A stretch of DNA of 64,000 bases, from positions 1 to 64,000 of the IMG/VR virus record IMGVR_UViG_3300020390_000003. One strand, given 5' to 3'. Positions 59,374-64,000 of this stretch are shown here, piece after piece. Below the pieces are notes generated by a model. The model ran no database searches, had not been told where the DNA came from, and worked only from the letters and a program-made list of their open reading frames with translations. Source of the DNA: a virus. How positions within the stretch are numbered: position 1 is the stretch's first letter; every line of letters begins with the position of its first letter. Made by a program: the position numbers and the translations under genes.

Positions 59374-59710
59374 TACTATCTGTTTTTACGTTTTTTGGCG
59401 CGTCTCTCGCGTCTTGTTTCTTTAATTCTTGTAGGTCTAAATTCACGCGGTATGGTCATTAAAGTAGGAGTCAAATCTTCTAAAAAACTAGGTATCGGTG
59501 GTGGTTGATCTTTAAGTTTGTTAAACATATCTTGTAAAGCATCAACATCTAAGTCGTTAATATTTTCTGCGGTGACAATACTTAAACCACGCTTAGCAGC
59601 CAGTGCATGTAATGCAGCTAAATTACCGTGATTTCCGCAGCCCACAACAAGGATATCTTTTGGCTTATCTTCCGGAGCGACTGGTTCGGTGTTTTTAAAT
59701 TCTGAGGCCA

Positions 59711-60286
59711 TTATTCAAGTGATTTTAATTCGTTAGTAAGATGTTGTACTCGGTCCTCATACATTTTCATTCGGTCTTTTGCTTTTTGCAAATCACGTTT
59801 TCTATCCTCAACAATTTCTTTCATATTTTCAACACCTCCCTTACTGTCACTCAGCCCTTTTTCTAACGCTTCTTTTGCCGTAGGAAAGTGTGTGTTTTCA
59901 TACATACAAATTCCGTTATCATCAGTATTTGGCCATCCATATTCATCGGTCACACTCTCAACTAACTTTCCTTGATATACTGTAAAAACAGGAAGTGGAT
60001 TTTCTATATGATCGCGACCTTCTATGATTTCTTTAATCGCTCCTGATACAATCAATTCGTGCAGCTTATCCCAAATAAATAGCAGTTCTTCATTTCCTCT
60101 TTGCTCTAAATACGCACGGCCTTTATTCCACGTATCAAGCGAGTATTTCACTTTTAAAGTTTCCTTATCTACCTTGATTAAATCGTGGCACATTGGAGAT
60201 CCTACCGCGATATACCCCTCGTTATTAGATATTGAATAGCCGGTGTCGTTGAGCAGTTTTCTTAATAGTCTGGCTTTCATAAGCAC
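59711..60286 (-). CDS. Hypothetical protein
   Basis: Coupled minus-strand operon. Confidence 0.65.
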   Translation of the reverse strand: MLMKARLLRKLLNDTGYSISNNEGYIAVGSPMCHDLIKVDKETLKVKYSLDTWNKGRAYLEQRGNEELLFIWDKLHELIVSGAIKEIIEGRDHIENPLPVFTVYQGKLVESVTDEYGWPNTDDNGICMYENTHFPTAKEALEKGLSDSKGGVENMKEIVEDRKRDLQKAKDRMKMYEDRVQHLTNELKSLE

Positions 60287-60634
60287 TACTTGATTATTAA
60301 ATGATCAAAATGATATTTTTCTTGAATGTAAGATTTGAGAATTTTCAATTGCCTTTCTGATAAAAACACATCTTCATTGATTGTCACTTCGCATATTTTA
60401 CCTTCTCGCATTTCGCTCCACGGGGCAGAACGACCATCACCACCTAGAATAAATTCATAATCTCCTATATGTTCATAGACCGTAAAAAATGAAGCAGGTG
60501 TTGCAAACAAATCATCTATATCTGGCTGGGTTTTATTGCATAAAACAGCTATTTCATCGGTTATTTCAGAAAGCTTAGTAGCATATTCTTCACGCTGTTT
60601 TTTATAGTATTGTATTGTCTCTTTTAAGTTCATC

Positions 60635-61444
60635 CTACTTGATTTTATTAATGATTTGATCTACATTTTTGTACTCTTTGAATAAGCGTTCAAGGCTTAT
60701 TTCTTTACAAGCAAGCACTACTTTTTTTGAAGGTTTACCGTTAACCGTGATATCATACAAGGCACGTTCTACCTGTGTTAACGCTGCTTTTTGACGTTCA
60801 AGCAAGCGTTTTTCAGCAAGTGCTTTAACACGCTCTTTCACTTTTAGGTCTGTGGGCATAATCCCGTGCTCGTCTAAAAAATCGTAGAGGTAAATGCGTC
60901 CGGGAGCAATGCTTTGTGTGTCTTGATATTCTTGATGCGCAGCACGAAGTCCGTTTAAAATGATTTCACGCTTTTGGCTTTCGGTTAATTCCGGAAGTTG
61001 GTTGGTTACAGGTTTTGAAATGGAAATATTATTATCCTGACGGGTTTTTAGTAGCCATTTTTTATATTGATCCAATACTTTTGAAACGTATTCTGCATTA
61101 AAAAGCTGAAAGTGTTGTATGCGTTCACCATAAACACCGTATCGCTCAAGCTTAAAAGCATAATCAATTTCTTCAATGGAAATGTTTTTAAAACGAACCA
61201 AAATCATTTCCTTGATATCTTGTTTGTTGATATCGCTAATAGGGTCTTTCAAACCGGTAAGGTTTGCGGCTTTTACAAAAACCATCCCGAGCAGACCTCC
61301 TAACTGATCAAGAGGTATATTCTTGACTTTATCAAAATCAATAACTTTTCTAGCAAAAGCCACTTCAGTCAAACTACCAGCCTTGGCTATTCTGTTTGAT
61401 AGTTTCTGCTGACTGACGGTTAATTGTTGGTTCTGATTTTCCAT
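60635..61444 (-). CDS. Replication-associated protein (helicase-loader-like position)
   Basis: Overlaps initiator gene; 'SIEEIDYAF','FNAEYVSKVL'. Confidence 0.55.
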   Translation of the reverse strand: MENQNQQLTVSQQKLSNRIAKAGSLTEVAFARKVIDFDKVKNIPLDQLGGLLGMVFVKAANLTGLKDPISDINKQDIKEMILVRFKNISIEEIDYAFKLERYGVYGERIQHFQLFNAEYVSKVLDQYKKWLLKTRQDNNISISKPVTNQLPELTESQKREIILNGLRAAHQEYQDTQSIAPGRIYLYDFLDEHGIMPTDLKVKERVKALAEKRLLERQKAALTQVERALYDITVNGKPSKKVVLACKEISLERLFKEYKNVDQIINKIK

Positions 61445-62096
61445 TGCGATCTGATTTTAAATAAGGCAAAGTGTTGAGTAAGGTTGTTTTCCAGTTTTTA
61501 ATCGGGGTTAGCTTTTTACCAGACTTCCATCCTGCTTCTTGCCAAGCCCGGTATTTAAGTCTGACTTTTGATTCATCTGCTTGCACTTCGTTAGCGAAGG
61601 CATACTCTATAAATTCTTCTTCGGTTGGTATTTTAATTTTTTTTGGTTTTGATTTTTCTGTTTTTTCCCCCACACCCCCTTTTTCTTTATCTTCTACTTC
61701 TACTCCAACCACAACTCCTACCACAAGCTTCAGTGAAGCTTGATTCAAGCTTGGATTAAGCTTAACATCGTTTTTTAATAATGCTCTAAAAACAGGCTTA
61801 TGAGGGTTATAATCGCTGTTCAATTTTTGAAGGTCGCATTGATTGATGGCAATAAAATCTTTAATCAAAATCAATTCTTTTTCGTGCGAAATTTCTAAAA
61901 GATCACCGAGGTTTTTTTCAAGATTTTCTAAGTCTAAATCAAAGCCATTTTCAAACTCAAACAAGTCCTCATCAATTTCCCAAACTCCTGCAGGATCACA
62001 ATTGTTCCAGATGTAATACCAAGCTAGCTTTAAGCTTGGATTAAGCTTGCGGAAAGATTTAGGAAGTATGCTGTTATCAATAAATCTTTTACTCAT
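61374..62096 (-). CDS. Phage replication initiator
   Basis: 'SKRFID...YIWNNCDPAGVW', low-complexity linker, C-terminal 'PT.EE...GW...IKNWK'. Confidence 0.75.
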   Translation of the reverse strand: MSKRFIDNSILPKSFRKLNPSLKLAWYYIWNNCDPAGVWEIDEDLFEFENGFDLDLENLEKNLGDLLEISHEKELILIKDFIAINQCDLQKLNSDYNPHKPVFRALLKNDVKLNPSLNQASLKLVVGVVVGVEVEDKEKGGVGEKTEKSKPKKIKIPTEEEFIEYAFANEVQADESKVRLKYRAWQEAGWKSGKKLTPIKNWKTTLLNTLPYLKSDRNGKSEPTINRQSAETIKQNSQGW

Positions 62097-62446
62097 AATC
62101 GTTTATATAAATCGTTTCGATCTGCGGCATCCCAGGCGCGTTCTGCAAGTATTTTTTGGGTGCGTAATTGATCTTGTAGGGTGTTATCTTCTTCGGTGCA
62201 TTTATCTATCATTTGCAGCCTTGTATTGGCGTCAAAATGTTTTGATAACAGGAGCCATCCTTTTTTTGTGACGCGATACATAATACACCGTACACCGGCC
62301 GCATTTTTATACCGGCTTATGTTCCATAAATGGTTGTATTTACGCCCGGGAATAGCCTCTTGTGCTTCCCGTAGATAGCGCAATACTTCTGCGTGGGTTT
62401 TATTACCCAGCCGCGCGATTTCTAATGTGGTGGTGAGGGTGTTCAT
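62093..62446 (-). CDS. Rha-like regulator
   Basis: 'TTLEIA...KTHAEVLR.LR...MYRVTKKGW'. Confidence 0.65.
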   Translation of the reverse strand: MNTLTTTLEIARLGNKTHAEVLRYLREAQEAIPGRKYNHLWNISRYKNAAGVRCIMYRVTKKGWLLLSKHFDANTRLQMIDKCTEEDNTLQDQLRTQKILAERAWDAADRNDLYKRL

Positions 62447-62493
62447 AAGTGTAGAAATAAATAAGGCCCTGCTAGGGGTACAGGACCTTGATT

Positions 62494-63216
62494 TTAGTGA
62501 TAGATTACTGTCACAAATTCTTTGATCTTATCTACTTCTTCTTCAACTCGCTGAGCAAAAAGTTCTTCGATCATTTCTGAAGCATCAATGCTTTCTAAGT
62601 AGCAAACAATTTGGTTAGAGCCATTTGCTTCGAGAATAACATTAACTTCAAATTCTACAGGATCTTCCCCTTCAAGTAGTGGTAACTTTAAAGTGATTGC
62701 ATCCGGCATATTACTTTCAACGGTCTGTTTGAAATTATCACTCACATTGCCACGTCTATCATCTAATTGCTCTATGGTTCTATTGATATCCGCTTTTAGA
62801 TTACGAAGTGTAGCGCAAATGGTGGCGTGTTCCATTTTTTTTGCGAAAATTGAACGTAAAAGCTTCAGCTTATTAGCAAGTTCTTCCGGATTGTAACCTT
62901 TTTCAGAATTGATACCTAAAGCTTCAAACTTTTTACCTATTTCAATCTTACCGGAAACAGTGTATTTATCTACCACTGATTGTTCATTAAGATGCAGGAC
63001 TATGGTTCCGTCTGTTTTGGAAACCATACAATGGCGCTGGCTATTAGCAAAATCATTTTTACGTCCTTCAATAAATAGACTTGGAGCATCAATATTACCT
63101 GATATTGAAACCGGTTGAGGATTATGCTGTTTTGGGGCATCACCTCTTAGAATTGTTAAATGTGCAATTTCATTTTCAACTGCAGCTTTTTCTAAATGTT
63201 TGTTTTCGTCCGACAT
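62494..63216 (-). CDS. Conserved Bacteroidota phage protein (DUF2303-like)
   Basis: 'LKLPLLEGE' and pairing with the neighbouring gene. Confidence 0.55.
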   Translation of the reverse strand: MSDENKHLEKAAVENEIAHLTILRGDAPKQHNPQPVSISGNIDAPSLFIEGRKNDFANSQRHCMVSKTDGTIVLHLNEQSVVDKYTVSGKIEIGKKFEALGINSEKGYNPEELANKLKLLRSIFAKKMEHATICATLRNLKADINRTIEQLDDRRGNVSDNFKQTVESNMPDAITLKLPLLEGEDPVEFEVNVILEANGSNQIVCYLESIDASEMIEELFAQRVEEEVDKIKEFVTVIYH

Positions 63217-63221
63217 GGTGT

Positions 63222-63656
63222 TTACGAGTTAATGGTTTTTAATCGGGTTTGTCTTTCCTCACGGGTAAGTGCTCGTGCATCTACGCATACGCCGGTTTCG
63301 TCAAATATGTACATCATACCAGCTTCTTGATCATCTACGCCGTAGAGCATTCCGTAACGTTGTTCTGAACGGAATTTAATAGCCGTCATAAGTTGCTTAG
63401 CGTGTTCTTCTTTTGGCTTTAAGCGCAGTTTGATTTCATCCAAAAAATCCTTTTTTTCATCTTTGATTTCTGAAATCTCTAAACCTACTTCTGCATATTC
63501 TTCCTTTCGATCAAGGAGTTCATCTTCAGTAAGTGTTTTGGTGTAATTTTTTTCCTTGCCTTCATAGCAAATACCGGCGAGGTTGTCTTTTCTTTCTTGA
63601 GGTGTAAGCTTCGCAAAGGAAGGGTCATACAGTTCTCCAATTTTAAATCCTGACAT
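63222..63656 (-). CDS. Conserved Bacteroidota phage coiled-coil protein
   Basis: 'Y.K.LTEDEL','D.EAGMM..FD..G.....R.L..EERQ'. Confidence 0.6.
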   Translation of the reverse strand: MSGFKIGELYDPSFAKLTPQERKDNLAGICYEGKEKNYTKTLTEDELLDRKEEYAEVGLEISEIKDEKKDFLDEIKLRLKPKEEHAKQLMTAIKFRSEQRYGMLYGVDDQEAGMMYIFDETGVCVDARALTREERQTRLKTINS

Positions 63657-63708
63657 AATAAAGATTAGCGATTAACCTGTTATCGCGAGGTTTCGTTACT
63701 AAAGCGGT

Positions 63709-63821
63709 AAAAAAAAAGCCCGTACTTATTGAATCGGCTAGAGACAAGGAAAGAGTACGGGCAATTTTTCGGGTGTTATCCCTAAATATCGTTATGTAAT
63801 TCTCTAGCCGCATCAAATATA
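63709..63821 (-). promoter_or_regulatory. Promoter plus attenuator-like leader of the replication operon
   Basis: TATATTTG promoter; terminator GCCCGTACT/AGTACGGGC + U9; its loop is complementary to the leader 5' end. Confidence 0.6.
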
Positions 63822-64000
63822 TAAATAAAATATAAATTAGTATATACTTGATATAATATTTAAGGCAAATTTTTTTCTATGAATTTGCGTTCGCTTGGGG
63901 TGAGGTTAACAAGTGAATGAATATGATTGTTTTTGAGTTCGATCTTTATTTCTTGATACGCAGTAGGGCTCAACTCTCTAAATATGAAGTACACGCGCGG

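Larger units (their letters stand above)
482..64000. mobile_element. Temperate podovirus-type prophage of Bacteroidota (right end outside window)
   Basis: att site + integrase + repressors + terminase/portal/capsid/tail/ejection/lysis/replication genes. Confidence 0.92.

Noticed and set aside
1-64000. Stop-codon reassignment as in some crAss-like phages
   Set aside because: Long genes are intact in the standard code, and TAG/TGA end genes at sensible boundaries.

Overview
Bacteroidota (Flavobacteriaceae-like) chromosome. It opens with the 3' end of a host GH28-like gene and a tRNA 3'-end remnant (att site, about 482-497). A large temperate podovirus-type prophage follows and runs past the right edge of the window. 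Its morphogenesis module resembles marine Bacteroidota podoviruses distantly related to crAss-like phages: long terminase, 807-aa portal, scaffold, major capsid protein, tail tubular/ring proteins, a gp10-like stabilisation protein and three ejection proteins. No virion RNA polymerase motif was seen. Structural genes sit on the + strand in blocks, each with a conserved promoter, interleaved with islands of small minus-strand genes. The most striking feature is an integron-like system inside the prophage (45.9-48.2 kb): an internally deleted tyrosine integrase, an attI-like site and four cassettes delimited by attC-like hairpins. One hairpin carries a promoter plus two genes in its loop and two others are nested 'double-headed' sites. 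The minus-strand early region carries a type I hammerhead ribozyme and three tRNA-top-half (T-loop) mimics between genes. Other items: a c4-like antisense switch before a Rha antirepressor, a recurrent CGGGAA-ATG start motif, a degenerate tRNA-Trp, a Tad2/DUF2829 fusion and an ART-containing polyvalent ejection protein. All calls come from reading motifs by eye; no database searches were run.
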